A stretch of 64,000 nucleotides of DNA from the human T2T-CHM13v2.0 reference genome, Homo sapiens: NCBI RefSeq assembly GCF_009914755.1, contig NC_060932.1. The stretch is one strand, 5' to 3'. Of the stretch, positions 13,730 through 26,708 are shown piece by piece. The notes below the pieces were generated by a model. The model did not search any database. It saw only the letters and a program-made list of their open reading frames with translations, and was not told where the DNA came from. The translations under genes were made by a program, and so were the position numbers. Position 1 is the first letter of the stretch. Each line of letters starts with the position of its first letter.

Positions 13730-13829
13730 GGCAATTGATTTATCATGTCTGTGATGGGCAATTGATTTATCATGTCTATAATCGTCTCTAGTAAATCATT
13801 TTATCATGTCTATAATCATCTCTAGTAAA
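13730..13829. repeat. Nested short tandem duplications (27-bp and ~34-bp periods)
   Basis: ggcaattgatttatcatgtct occurs twice, then tttatcatgtctataatc(g/a)tctctagtaaa occurs twice. Confidence 0.9.
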
Positions 13830-14139
13830 GCAGATTTCACAGTCAGCTTTTTTCATGATCTCCTTTTTAAGTCACTCACACAGATAGGGAATTGCCCTTT
13901 ATTTTGGTCTCTACGCCAAAGTCTCTCCTCCTATTCCAGTTACTACATCCTTGGGGAAGAACACTGTTAAATTGATAAGCCAAATGCCAGGACAGTTTTT
14001 CTAGTGTTTAGAGCTCTCTGTTTCCATTTCCTCCGAAGCTAATTAGGTAGGGTACAGCTTTTTAGCCCCTTAGAGTGGTAACTTTTGAGGCTTTGTTTAG
14101 GATGCCAGGGAAAAGGCACAGTGAGTCGCTTTGAGTCTA

Positions 14140-14300
14140 GGCTGAGGTTCTCCAAATATGGACCATGGTCCAGCATCATCAGCCTCACCTGGAAGCTTCT
14201 TAGAAACACAAAATCTCGGATCACCCCTCAGAGCCTACTGAACCAGAAGTTGCATTTTAACAAGATCCACAGGAGATTCAGACACTCAGTTTCAAGATAT
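14140..14300. mobile_element. MER5A DNA transposon
   Basis: 'ggttctccaaatatggaccatggtccagcatcatcagcctcacctggaagcttcttagaaa...ttgcattttaacaagatcc'. Confidence 0.8.
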
Positions 14301-14491
14301 CCATCCCAGATCTATAAACTTACTTCATTTAAGTAAAGGAAGTTTCTGCCTAGTTCAACCTAGCCATCTGAAACATGACACTGGGATTTGATATAAATTT
14401 CCAGTTGGTTAAAATTATTCCTTTTTTGTAACATTGCCATTGTTCCCTGAACTTAGATCTATTTCTGGGTCTGCTTTGAGAGGGCCTCCTC

Positions 14492-14680
14492 TGTGATGAG
14501 CTGGAACGAACTGGCACAGGCTCTTGAGAGCCCATTCTGCCCATCCCTTCCCAACTTTGTGTTCAGAAACATCACATTGGTAACATGAAATTGACCACGG
14601 CAGGAGTATTTACACCACTGAAATAGGAAAATACAAGTCAGAACATTCTTTCTCCCTAAAGAACTGGCTTATAGCCCAGA
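14492..14680. mobile_element. hAT DNA transposon relic (MER63-like)
   Basis: 'gtgttcagaaacatcacattggtaacatgaaattgaccacggcaggagtatttacaccact'. Confidence 0.5.
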
Positions 14681-16336
14681 CATACCTGACATAAATCAGG
14701 GGTGTTGGCTCCCTGGCATAATAACATCATAGGAGCATCCTAATACTATTGTCACTTCCTCCACACTCCAATTCTTGCAACAGAGAAAGTGCATTTCTTT
14801 TCATTCTAGCCTTGGTAGAAACGGGGATCAATTGGCTACTACCAAACATTGTCTCATGGAAATGCTATAGCTCAACAATTTTAATATACATAACAACCAT
14901 CTGGGGTATCTGTTAAAATGCTCTTTTATAAATTTACTCCCAGGATTTTTACTTAGTAGATTTGTATTCAGACCTGAGATTCTGCGTTTTACAAGATAAA
15001 GAAATTCTAATGCTGGTAGTCTTTAGACAATGCATTGAAAAAAATTCAAGTGTCGGGCATATTGACAGGGAAGCAGCTCATTACGTTTACCTGGGGGTTC
15101 TAAGAGCTTCCACCACCCAATGCCCTGTGTCTCCCCAGAGAAATAACACTCTACTAATCAAACACACTAACTCTGATCTCAATTGTATATTGCCAACTTG
15201 CAGAGCTTATAGCAGCTACCTGTTCAGATAGCCATGAAGTAGTGTGGTCTTCAAGCTCTCAGATTTCCTGTCAAAAAATTGAAGCCCCATTGGCAAGCTG
15301 CAGGTTGCCAGCTGTCCAAGGATATCATCTCCAATTGAAATCAGCAATGCAGGCTCAGAGTCTTTGGCTCAGGTCTCCCAAGCATATAATTATTATTCTA
15401 ATGAATTTGGAAAATTACATGTTCTCTAATAATAGCCCATGAAAGGAATATACAAATAGAAATACAGAAAGAAGTGACTTGCTGTGGGCCCTTTGAAGAA
15501 CTTGGTGACTGAGTTTGTTCAGTTGTTTTTAGATAATAGAATTAGACTTAGACTATTGGGCCTCATTGAATAAAAGGGAAGTTTTTCATTAAAATGTATA
15601 TTCTGGGCTTCTGAAACAAAATCATAAGTTCAGGCCCACATTCTGTGCAGCATCAATCCAGAGCGGAGTAATGGTAGTTGTTTAGGGAAGAGGCATGAAT
15701 TCTCCAGTTCTGGTAGTTTCCGTCATTCTCACTTTGTTTTCCTAACTGGCCTTGTCTGTGTAGTTATCTGAGTTTGCAGCTCCTGCTAAGCTTTATTTTC
15801 TTGCTTGGTTTTCTTTTACCCTCCTTCCAAGTTCCCTTCAGATGGCTCACAACATAAAATCCTGGGAAGCTCTTCTTCTTGCTATCTGTTGAAAATTAGT
15901 GTAAGCCAATCTTGTGTTTGATGATTATTGGATTATTAGAGAGATATCAATAACTGTCTAGAGTTAGTAGTTGAAGTCTGTAACAGAACTCCTCAAACTT
16001 TAACTTGGCTATGAATTGCCTGGTATCCTGTTAGTTACATTTGTTAATTCAGTAGGTCTAGAGTGGCCCTGCTGATGGTTGCATGCACCATCCATTGAGT
16101 AGAAAAGGTATAAGTTTCTGCCTCTAAAACTTTGTTCCCAGGTTCTATCAGAAGCAGGAAGCAAAACAAAGTTTGCCATTCATACAAGTGTTTATTAGCA
16201 ATAGAATTTTTAAAAGGCATACAATCTGCCTTATAAACTGGATAAATCTCAAATCTTTGCCCTCTTAATTATCCTGACCATGTCTTTGCATAAAGCAAAA
16301 GTAACAGTGTTCTGGAAGTAGGGATTCTGTTAATCT

Positions 16337-16632
16337 GTTTCTTTTCTTTCTTTTTTTTTTTTTGAGACCGAGTCTCACTCTATCACCCAGGCTGGAGTTC
16401 AGTGGCACAATCTCGGCTCACTGCAAGGGCCGTCTCCCGGGTTCAAGCGATTCTCATGTCTCAGCCTCCCAAGTAGCTGGGATTACAGGCACCCACCACC
16501 ACACCCAGCTAATTTTTGTATTTTTAGTAGAAATGGGGTTTCCCCATGTTGGCCAGGCTGGCTTCAAACTCCTGACCTCAGGTAATCCACCCGCGTCAGC
16601 CTCCCAAAGTGCTGGGATTACAGGCGTGAGCC
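16337..16632 (-). mobile_element. AluSx-type, slightly 5' truncated
   Basis: Antisense Alu; TSD TCTGTTAATCT at 16326-16336 and 16633-16643. Confidence 0.95.
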
Positions 16633-18656
16633 TCTGTTAATCTTTGAGGATTAATCCAGCAATCTCAGAATCAGTTGCTAGACAAAGGACAGTTTCAGAA
16701 TCAAGCTTTGGTACCACTGCGAAGAATATGGACTACTGAGTGCCCTGCATTATTTTGCCTTAAACAAGTGCAGAAGGGTTTCTATAACATTTATCATAGT
16801 TCTAGCCAAGCCACATATTTTGAATACCAGCAATTTTATCAATGTAAACCCAATTATAAAAACATGCTAATGTCTAAACTTCTGGGGTCAATTGTAGATA
16901 AAGACAGCTAGATGCTTGTAGTAACTTTCCTTGCAGTGTGGCTCTTTGATTAAACTCTGTGAACGATTTCCTATAACGTGTATCCCAATTAGGGCAACCA
17001 GCAGCACCTATTTTTATTATACTGTCTTTGATAATATATTATAAATTAAATTACACACCACAGGACAGACTCTTCACAAGAAATGGATGCTTCAAACCAG
17101 ATTTGGCCCAATTCTGAGGTGGGAAGGATCGGTTTTACATTTGAGAGAGATCAATGTGAAGGAGGCAGGAAGAAACAGCCCCTTCCAGTGAGGTGTGGAA
17201 TTTTCCACTACCACCTTCTAAGCAAGACCTGAGGGTCCCCTCACCCAAAACCCTTCTATTCTTGGCACACTCGTTTTTTAGATTAATTTCTATTTGGGCC
17301 CCTTTCCCATCATGTCTTCAGTACAACATTCTCTCATGTGACTTCATGACAAACAGAAACAGAAAATAAGTAGAAGCAACCCTAGAGATTGCCAAAGCCA
17401 GTGGGTTTTCCATCTTAGCTTTGAAGTCCTTTGTTCAGACCTAATATCACCCTGGGATGCAGACACATAATCCATATAGGAAACAGAAATGCTCTGGATG
17501 AAGCAGTGGGTGGATGCAGGGAAAGCAAAAACATAGCTCTTTTCCACGCTCCCAGTCCGTTCATCTGTTTGTGCTTGAGTGACTTCCAGTGGACACCAAT
17601 AACCTGATCATTCTTCTGTCACCCATTTTGCAGATTAGGAAACTAAGTCCTTGAGGGGATAAGTAAATTGCCTGAGTACACATAGCGAGATGTGGCAGAA
17701 CAGAAACTCTCTTTCTGTTGTGGGTCAGACTACAGGCTTTAAGGGAATGAGGTGAAGGCACTCGCTCTTGTCCTGAGACTGATGGCTCAGTGGGATAACG
17801 ACTCAGACTCCAAGCTGGTTGTCCATGCCCCTAAGCCTCCCCATCCAATTAGCTCATCCTTCAGTTCCGGATAATGGCTCAACTTTTTCCTTTCCGGGTT
17901 CTAGATGAAAACCTCTCTCTGCAGTCCTGGTATCACCTGAAAAGCAAAAAATAAGGATTTTCTTCCTTCTCAATACCATCTAGCACTTGAAGAAAAACTG
18001 CCAGCCAGCCAGATGGTAAGTTGTCATGGGGAAGATGACGTGGCTGCTCTCCACAGGGAGAGACTTTTCTGACTTTCCTCAAGTGAGTTACGCTCTTTTT
18101 AGTCTGCTTCGCAGACAGCCCATTTGCTAACATTGCATCAATATGTGCTCATCTCATTTCCCTAAAGGCTTCTGTTTCTCTCTAGGTCTCCTTTTCCACT
18201 GCATTTTTATATCTTCCTATCCTTTCCAGTGCCCTACAAGAATTTTATTCATACAAAAGCAGGCCTTCCCAAAACACAGAGTTACGTTTGGTGTTATCAA
18301 CCACACTAGTGGTTATGATTGAAGATACGTTCTCCCCATCCTAAGATGGTAAAGCGCTCAAGGAGATAACTTCCTGTTCATACTCTTTACACTGTGGGCG
18401 TGTCACCCTGAGGATTCTGGGGGCTCCTTTTTATCCATATCTCTTTCCATCTTCCCCCTCTTTTCTCCTTTGTTCACAAGACCCTCCCTGTTGCCCCTTT
18501 CTCCACCTACCTGCCTTCTAAGACAGGAGTTGTAAGAAGGGGTGTTCAGCCTCATAAAGTACTGACATTGACAGCCTGGATCCTACTCACCACCATGCCA
18601 CATTATTTACCAAAATCACATGGGTCTACAGCCTATTCCCAGAATATTATGATAGT

Positions 18657-18704
18657 ATTAGATTGGTGCAAAGGTAATTGTGGTTTTCACCATTAAAAGT
18701 AATG
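18657..18704. mobile_element. MADE1 (Hsmar1 MITE), partial
   Basis: 'attagattggtgcaaaggtaattgtggttttcaccattaaaagtaatg' matches the mariner TIR. Confidence 0.75.
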
Positions 18705-18854
18705 ATCATGAGAAAAAAAGAAACAAGAAAAAAGAAATCTTAAGAGGAAGAAGGAAAAGAAGGAAGAAGAGAAAGAAAAGTAAGAGAACTATGCACCAGT
18801 ATTACTAGTAATACTAATAACTGACATTGACTGAGGAACTGTTTTATCCTGTAC

Positions 18855-18859
<5 letters not shown>

Positions 18860-18915
<56 letters not shown>
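18860..18915. repeat. (TG)28 microsatellite
   Basis: Read directly from the sequence. Confidence 0.97.
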
Positions 18916-18918
<3 letters not shown>

Positions 18919-19393
18919 TACATTAAGGCCTCATGAGTACTATATTATTTCCCCTTATTTTACAAATGTGGAAATCTAGGGACATTTAAGCCCAATGAGC
19001 AAATAGGAAGCCAGGATTCAATGCCTGGGGAATCTGACTGCAGAGTCTGAGCTATATAGACTGCTGACCAAAGGTGGGCTAAGTGCCCAGCTTTCAGGGT
19101 TGGGAATTATTACGGTAGCGCCCATGTTTGGGGATTACACATATTGGTGGTTCCATGATTCAAAGGGCCAAGGATGTCACAAAGCCAGGGATTCCCATAT
19201 CAAGGACATAGTATGGGAGAGGATTCTGAGGTGTTAAAGACAAGTGTTTTAAGTCAACAATCCAGAGGACATGCTTTTATAACAGGTGAAGTCATGGGGA
19301 AGGAAAGACTGAAGCACTGCTATGTTTGTCTTCCTAAGATCATTATATTGATAGTTTTCTAGACTCTCATCTCTTTGAGGAGGCTTAAGCTAA

Positions 19394-19818
19394 TTTTTTT
19401 AAATTTTACTTTAAGTTCTGGGATACATGTGCTGAACGTGTAGGTTTGTTACATTGGTATACATGTGCCATTGTAGTTTGCTGCACCTATCAACCCATCA
19501 TCTAGGTTTTAAGCTCCACATGCATTAGATATTTGTCCCAATGCTCTACCTCCCCTTTCCCCCCACCCCCCAATAGGCCCCAGTGTGTGATGTTCCCCTC
19601 CCTGTGTCAATGTGTTCTCATTGTTCAGCTCCCACTTATGAGTGAGAACATGTGGTGTTTGGTTTTCTGTTCCTGTGTTAGTTTGCTGAGAATGATGGTT
19701 TCCAGCTCATCCATGTCCCTGCAAAGGACATGATTCTTTTTTATGGCTGCATAGTATTCCATGGTGTATATGTGCCACATTTTCTTTATCCAGTCCATCA
19801 CTCATGGGCATTTGGGTT
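19394..19818 (-). mobile_element. L1PA (about PA8-like) 3' end, 5' truncated
   Basis: 'ttttactttaagttctgggatacatgtgctgaacgtg...cccacttatgagtgagaacatg'. Confidence 0.92.
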
Positions 19819-20379
19819 CTTTTTAAAATCACTTTGTGAGTTGTGGAGTTTCTTCCATCTTAAATGCTGTCTTGCTATTGTGTTTCATTCACCTGTTACT
19901 CACATGTGGGTTATTCACTTTGGAGACCATTTCTGGGAAGTTTCAAATACTAACATGGCTTTTACATGCCACCCCTGGGCTCTTGCCTCGTTTTTCCATT
20001 GCCTAGCCATAACACAAATTAATTTCTATATTCATTGCTTCCAAATGGTTTTCTCAGATGTTCTTTAAGTGAATCCCTGCTTATTTTTGAATTTTCTACA
20101 TCCCAACCCACTGCTCTTTTCCTCCATCCCTCAGAAGAGAGGGATTGATAGATGGTTATCCCACTGTGCTTTAAAGCAGACTCTACAAGTGCAGGAATTA
20201 TGTTCATTTACAATTTGAAGGAATGTTAATACAACCTCTCCTTCCTTGCAAAGTACCCTCCACTTTAGTTTTTCCTTTTCAAAACTGACAGACTCTTCTT
20301 TGGACAACACTTAGGAGCCAAACATTTTGGCCTTTGTCTTAGATGAAATAATCCTATTAAAACATGAATGAGAACTGAC

Positions 20380-20930
20380 ACTTCCCATTTCAGAATGCAA
20401 ATCATGCTTCTCTGCCATCAAGACCCCGCGTGCTCCACTTCCTGCTACTCTTCTGACTTCCTCCCCTACACTTTCCTCTTGTACCCTCTGCCCTGACTCC
20501 ACCCCATTTTCTTGCTCCATCCCTTTTGTGGCCAGACACACTTATGTGCCTTGGGCCTTTTGCACTTGCCATTCCCTCTCTCTGCCTCTGCCTGAAATTC
20601 TCTTTCCCCAAATAGCTGCCTGTTCATTCTTATTATTCTTTGCTCAGATGTCATCCATCAGAAAGCCCTTCTCTGCCAGCTCAGTTTATAATAGCTAACC
20701 CCAAACATTTTCTATTTTTTACCCTGCTTATTTTTTTCACATCACAGCTCAGCACTTTGTTATATATTTCTTTACTTGTTTGTTGTCTGTCTTCCCCATT
20801 AAAATGTAAGATCTATAAGCTATGTTCACATTTTAAACAAAAACAAAACAGAAAACAACAGCAGTAGCAGCCACAACAACATCAACACTATCACGTCCTC
20901 AGCACCTAGAACAACACTTGGCCGGTAGTA
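20380..20930 (+). mobile_element. L2 LINE 3' portion
   Basis: 'gggccttttgcacttgccattccctct...ctcagatgtca...cctcagcacctagaacaaca'. Confidence 0.7.
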
Positions 20931-20933
20931 GCA

Positions 20934-21110
20934 TTTGTTTTGTTTGTTTGTTTGTTTGTTTGTTTTTATTATTATTATACTTTAAGTTTTAGGGTACATG
21001 TGCACAACATGCAGGTTTGTTACATATGTATACATGTGCCATGTTGGTGTGCTGCACCCATTAACTCGTCATTTAGCATTAGGTATATCTCCTAATGCTA
21101 TCCCTCCCCA
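20934..21110 (-). mobile_element. Short young L1PA (about PA4-like) 3' end with (GTTT)n tail, inserted in the L2 end
   Basis: 'ttattatactttaagttttagggtacatgtgcacaacatgcaggtttgttacatatg...tttagcattagg'. Confidence 0.92.
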
Positions 21111-21997
21111 CTGTTGAATGAACAAAGGCTGAGCTATGGTGAGAGAGGAGGCTATGCACTGGTGGGAAACGTACCAGATCTCCAGAATCACATATTACAA
21201 GTTTCTGGATCTAACTTTGTTCCTAAGATATAAATTGCTTGATTGCTCGTGGGAGTTCTGTTTACCTGTTCAGCGCCCTAGTTCTGCAGCAATGACTATT
21301 ACTGGGCCTTGTTTTCTCTTCTATTCTTCAGCTGCCATCTTTCCAGAGAGGTTGCTCCCACTCATCCTCCCCAAGGAAGACATTGGCCAAGCAGACCTTG
21401 GCTCTCACATGCTAAGTGACTGCCTGAGGCATCATCACTAAAAGTAAGGGTCCAGTTCTTGCTTTCCACTTCCCTAGGTGCCTGGGCCAAGTCTCACTCT
21501 TAGCTTCTCCCTTGGGCTCCTATGTGCACAGAGCAAGAGAATTCTGGCAATTAAGGGGACCTGTCCATATGGGGACCAAGAGACTCGGCAACATATTTTG
21601 TGTTTCATTCCAACCATAGTGCCAAGTGTAGAATTAAATTTACTTTCTTAAGTTTGGAGTCTAACATGAGCCTTTGAGCAGTACCTGAGACACAAGGCTA
21701 CAAACATTTCCCTTTCTTTCCACCTCAGTTCTGCTTTGCCCTGCAGCTGCCTGAATTAAGTATACATGTCAGAAGGCTTTAGTTGGTTCCTGAGAAACTT
21801 GTGTTCAAATCATGGCTCTGACAATTATTATCCATGTTTCTCAGACACTGGAAGGAATCCGTCTTAGGAAATAACACTTATTGAACAGTTACCTAGATCT
21901 GGGTCAAGCACCTTCTACACTCTAACTGTCTTAATCCTCAGAATTCTATAAGGTAGATACCGTAATTAACCAGGTTTTACACATTTTTAAAAAATTA

Positions 21998-22287
21998 GGC
22001 CAGGCGTGGTGGCTCAGGCCTGTAATCCCAGCACTTTGGGAGGCTGAGGCAGGAGGATCACTTGAGGTCCAGAGTTTGAAAATAGCCTGGCCAATATGGT
22101 GAAACCCCATGTCTGATAAAACTACAAAAATTAGCTGGGAGTGGAGGTGCGCACCTGTAATTTCAGCTTCTCAGGAGGTGGAGGCACAAGAACCTCTTGA
22201 ACCTGGGAGGCAGAGGTTGCAGTGAGCCGAGATCACATCACTGCACTCCAGCCTGGTTGATGGAATGAGACTGTCTCAAAAAAAAAA
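21998..22287 (+). mobile_element. Alu (S/J type), full length
   Basis: Two arms plus A-tail; TSD approximately AAAAAATT. Confidence 0.93.
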
Positions 22288-23103
22288 TTCAAGAGTTAGA
22301 TAAACAAGGATTTGAACCAGAGCCCTAGCTCATTACCACTTCACTGCATCATCACTACTATGACTAGTTATCATTTGTGATATGACATGGATACCCTGAT
22401 CCATGTGCCCAGGACCACCTGCTCCCTTTCTCAAGTACTTCAGACTTGTCCTATTGGTATACCTGGAAAGGCTCAAAACTGGGTACAATCTCAGGAAGAG
22501 TAGGTCTTCCATTTCGGAGATCCTCCTTTCATAGTAGGAGACAGTGTGTTATAATGGACAAAGGCTTTCTTGGTGACTCCCACTAACTGCATGTCTTTTG
22601 AGAAGTCAATTTAACCTCCTGGCCACTCAACTTTCTCAACTATAAAAGAAAGGCTTGAACCAAAGACTCAAAAATATTAATGAATGAATAATGAATAACA
22701 TTTATTCTCCAACATCCAATGATTCTATAGCCAATATCCAACTTCTAACAGTTTTGGTTTCCATAGCCTCTCCAGGCTTCATTTGCAGGGCTCTGTGCAC
22801 ATTGATCCATTTCCCCCAGCACAGAAATCCTTATTCAGAGGATCTATGATGCTTTATATCAACCAGATAATACAAAGTAGTCTGGTCACCCAGCTGCCTC
22901 TTTGGGAGAACTATGAGTTCATTTCTTACAACCTGCCACAACTATTGCTAATAATGATAGCTAACATTTGTCGTACCACATATTCTTCTAATCATCTTAC
23001 ATTTAATTAATAACTTAATATAATTAATTGTTATGATTAATTAATAATTTAATCTTCACAACAATACCATGAAGTAGTTACTAGTATTAATACCCATCAG
23101 TCA

Positions 23104-23433
<330 letters not shown>

Positions 23434-24706
23434 CTAAATTATTTGAGCTCTTCTCTTCTGAAGTTTCACAGCAGCCTAAGGCATTCACCAGGGCCTCTGG
23501 AGTAAACAAGGGGGAAGCAGGGCCTGCCTAAGTTCACAATGAAGGAGAGGCAGAAAGGCCTTTCCCTAGGTTCCCTGCAAGAAGATGCTGTCCAGCTGGT
23601 GCTCAGGGCTCATGTGTCATTTCAGCACTGGCAGCAGCTGTTCCTCACCAGTCCTGTATAAATCTGGAAACTGGAGAACATTGTCAACCTCTGTCCTGTT
23701 GCACTGGTATCTTCTTTCCCCAGTGAGATGCCTTGGAGACTGAAATGTCCCTGTTTGGAAATGTCAACAAAAGAGACTGCTGCTTTGATTTCCTTGTCCT
23801 TCTTTTCTGTTAACACTCTGGAGAGTGTGACGCAGCTGATCTCACCTTACAGAGGCTACCTTGAGTGGTCATTCGGAGAAAGTAGAGGTACTGAAGGTGG
23901 AGGAGGTGGCTTTCTGGAAGTCAGCAAAGATGACAAAATGCACCAAATGGGAGCTGCCATCAGCCTTGCTCTTTGACCAGCTCTGTCATTTTATAACTTG
24001 GGGGTGAATTACAGGTTCGAGTGATAGAGAAGGGGCCATGGCATGTCACCATCTATTTAAAGAGCTGTGAAGACACTGTCAGCAAGCTTTGCCTAACGAG
24101 GATGCAGGGATGACCTGCCCTTTATGTTTACTCCTTCAAGATTGAATGTGTGTTGCTGCTTTCCTGCCAGTAAAGGCAACAGTTGCAGTTACATTATTTT
24201 TGCAACAAAAGAGTCAACATTTTTCAAAAGTGACACAAATTCACCTTTAACTTTGTTCGAGGAGATTGATTTTTTCTTTCTTTAAAAAATGTTAAAGGTT
24301 TAGGTAGTTTGGAAGTTTTTTTAATTTTAGCAGTTTCCAACTCATGCTGAAAGAGTTTGTGGATTTGGTCATTCCGCTAAGCAGTTGCAAATATGCACCT
24401 TGCTTAACAACATAGTGGTTATGCTCCTCAAGAGTAGCATTTTACGTTTTACATTTCCAAGTGTAAAAAGATAATGATAACATATTCTCTTCTCCCCCCA
24501 AAATTCAATAAGTATAATTGAATATTTAGGCAATATCTTCAGATGCTTTTTATTTTAATACAAATAGCAGTAAAATGTTTATAGTAGAAAACAGCAGTTA
24601 TATCTCCCACTATCAACAACTTTTGGCTTTCTTAGTTGCTTCTTTCAGAATATACCTCCATAATTTTATAATGTATTTATTCTTATATTTTTTATGTATT
24701 GATTTA

Positions 24707-25024
<318 letters not shown>

Positions 25025-25123
25025 GTAGCATAGATGGCAATGTTTGGTGAAGGAAGTCTTCCTGTTAATTCACGCTGCAGTGCCTGAACTTCTTTATCTG
25101 ATCGTCTTAGAAATTATCAAGAA

Positions 25124-25232
25124 GATAATTACCCTAATTTGATCATTTTATGCATGTATCAAAACATCACACTGTACCCCATAAATATGTACAATTATTA
25201 TGTGTCAATTAAAAATACAACAACAAAAAAAA
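25124..25232 (+). mobile_element. L1MA-type 3' terminal fragment
   Basis: 'aattaccctaatttgatcatt...catcacactgtaccccataaatatgtacaattattatgtgtcaattaaaaat' followed by an A-rich tail. Confidence 0.85.
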
Positions 25233-26656
25233 GAAATCCTCAAAACATGGCAGCAACACCTAGCTCTTTGGCTTTGGTACCTTGTCTCTTGATATTCTCG
25301 ATATTTTTCCTAGAAGTTGATGTCTACAAACACTTAAATGGACCAGAGGAAGCTTCTACCCAAAGGAATCCTCCAAAACATCTCAGTGAAGTATGGACTT
25401 CTTCCGATGTCAGAAATAGCTTCAAAATTTAGTTGCTTTGTTAGTATTCAGTTTAATAAATCTTTGATGTTCATAGGAATGTAATCAAAGATCTTCAAGA
25501 ATTTCCAAATGTAAAAAGATAATGATAACATATTCTCTTCTCCCCCAAAAATTCAATAAGTATAATTGAATATTTAGGCAATATCTTCAGAAGCTTTTTA
25601 TTTTAGTACAGCATAGTTCACTTTTTAATTTGTCCCAGACTTCTATTTTCTGGATAAGAACCAGTCATCAGTTGCACAGATCTATTCAATATCTTCTTAA
25701 AAAAATTTATCCATGCTTCTTATTTTTTAAACCAACTTTGATTTTTATCAAAGTAATGCACAAAATTGTTGAAAAATCAAATAGCAGTAAAAGGTTTATA
25801 GTAGAAAATGGTGGTTATATTTCACACTATCAACAACTTTTGGCTCTCTTAATTGTTTCTTTCAGAATGTATCTCCATAATTTTATAATGTATTTATTCT
25901 TATTTTTTTAATGTGTTGGTTTCATAGCATTGACCACTTATACTTTGTTAGATAAAGGTTAGCTTTCCTCCTCACATACACTGACACACATACTCTTATC
26001 CATATAACTATCCTTTAAGAGTATTACTGTTCACACTTCTGGTTAAATAGTACTGTTTGTTTATATTTTATGACTATAGGAATATTATACTCTGCTGAGC
26101 AAAACATCCTTTCTTACAGAAATTTTTGTTTTTCCTAGAGTTTACAGTGTCTTGATTTTTTCATTTGATTAATTTTTTTGTGTCCAGTCACTGACTCTTT
26201 CCTACACCTCTGGCAGATCTACACTATTCCACCATCACCACTACCACCTCCGTGCTGACAGTATTCTCCATGTGGTCAAATGCATCCAATAGTTTATCTT
26301 TACATTGTCATTCTCAATCCAGCATCCTGAAATGGCATCCATTCCAGGATATTTTTTAACAAAGAAATAAAATCATTATTCTCTTAAGAGTTGTTATTCT
26401 TCCGCAACAAAACTTCACTGCAGTGTGCTTGCTGAGTTAGCAATAAAGTTCACTCCATATATAAATAGCTCAAACCTTGCAGGAAAAAATTTAAATTTGT
26501 GCCTCAGCAAAAAGACAGATCATAACATCAGGAACTTTTAGGGGTTGTGTGACTGGTAAATATCTCCAGGTTTAATATCCCAAACCATTCTAAAGGCCCA
26601 CTTTAGATGTGGAGAAGCCCTGGGAAGCTTATGGAGGGCTTGCAATACATAACACA

Positions 26657-26657
<1 letters not shown>

Positions 26658-26703
<46 letters not shown>
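26658..26703. repeat. (CA)23 microsatellite
   Basis: Read directly from the sequence. Confidence 0.95.

Positions 26704-26708
<5 letters not shown>

Noticed and set aside
13730-13829. Repeat-spacer-like pattern suggestive of a CRISPR array
   Set aside because: This is eukaryotic DNA; the units are overlapping slippage duplications with no unique spacers and no cas genes.
25139-25432. 97-aa ORF with a Kozak-like aacATGGCAGCA
   Set aside because: It starts inside an L1 tail and has no recognisable homology. A faint resemblance of a minus-strand frame to a viral nucleoprotein did not hold up, since the stop density was about that of random sequence.
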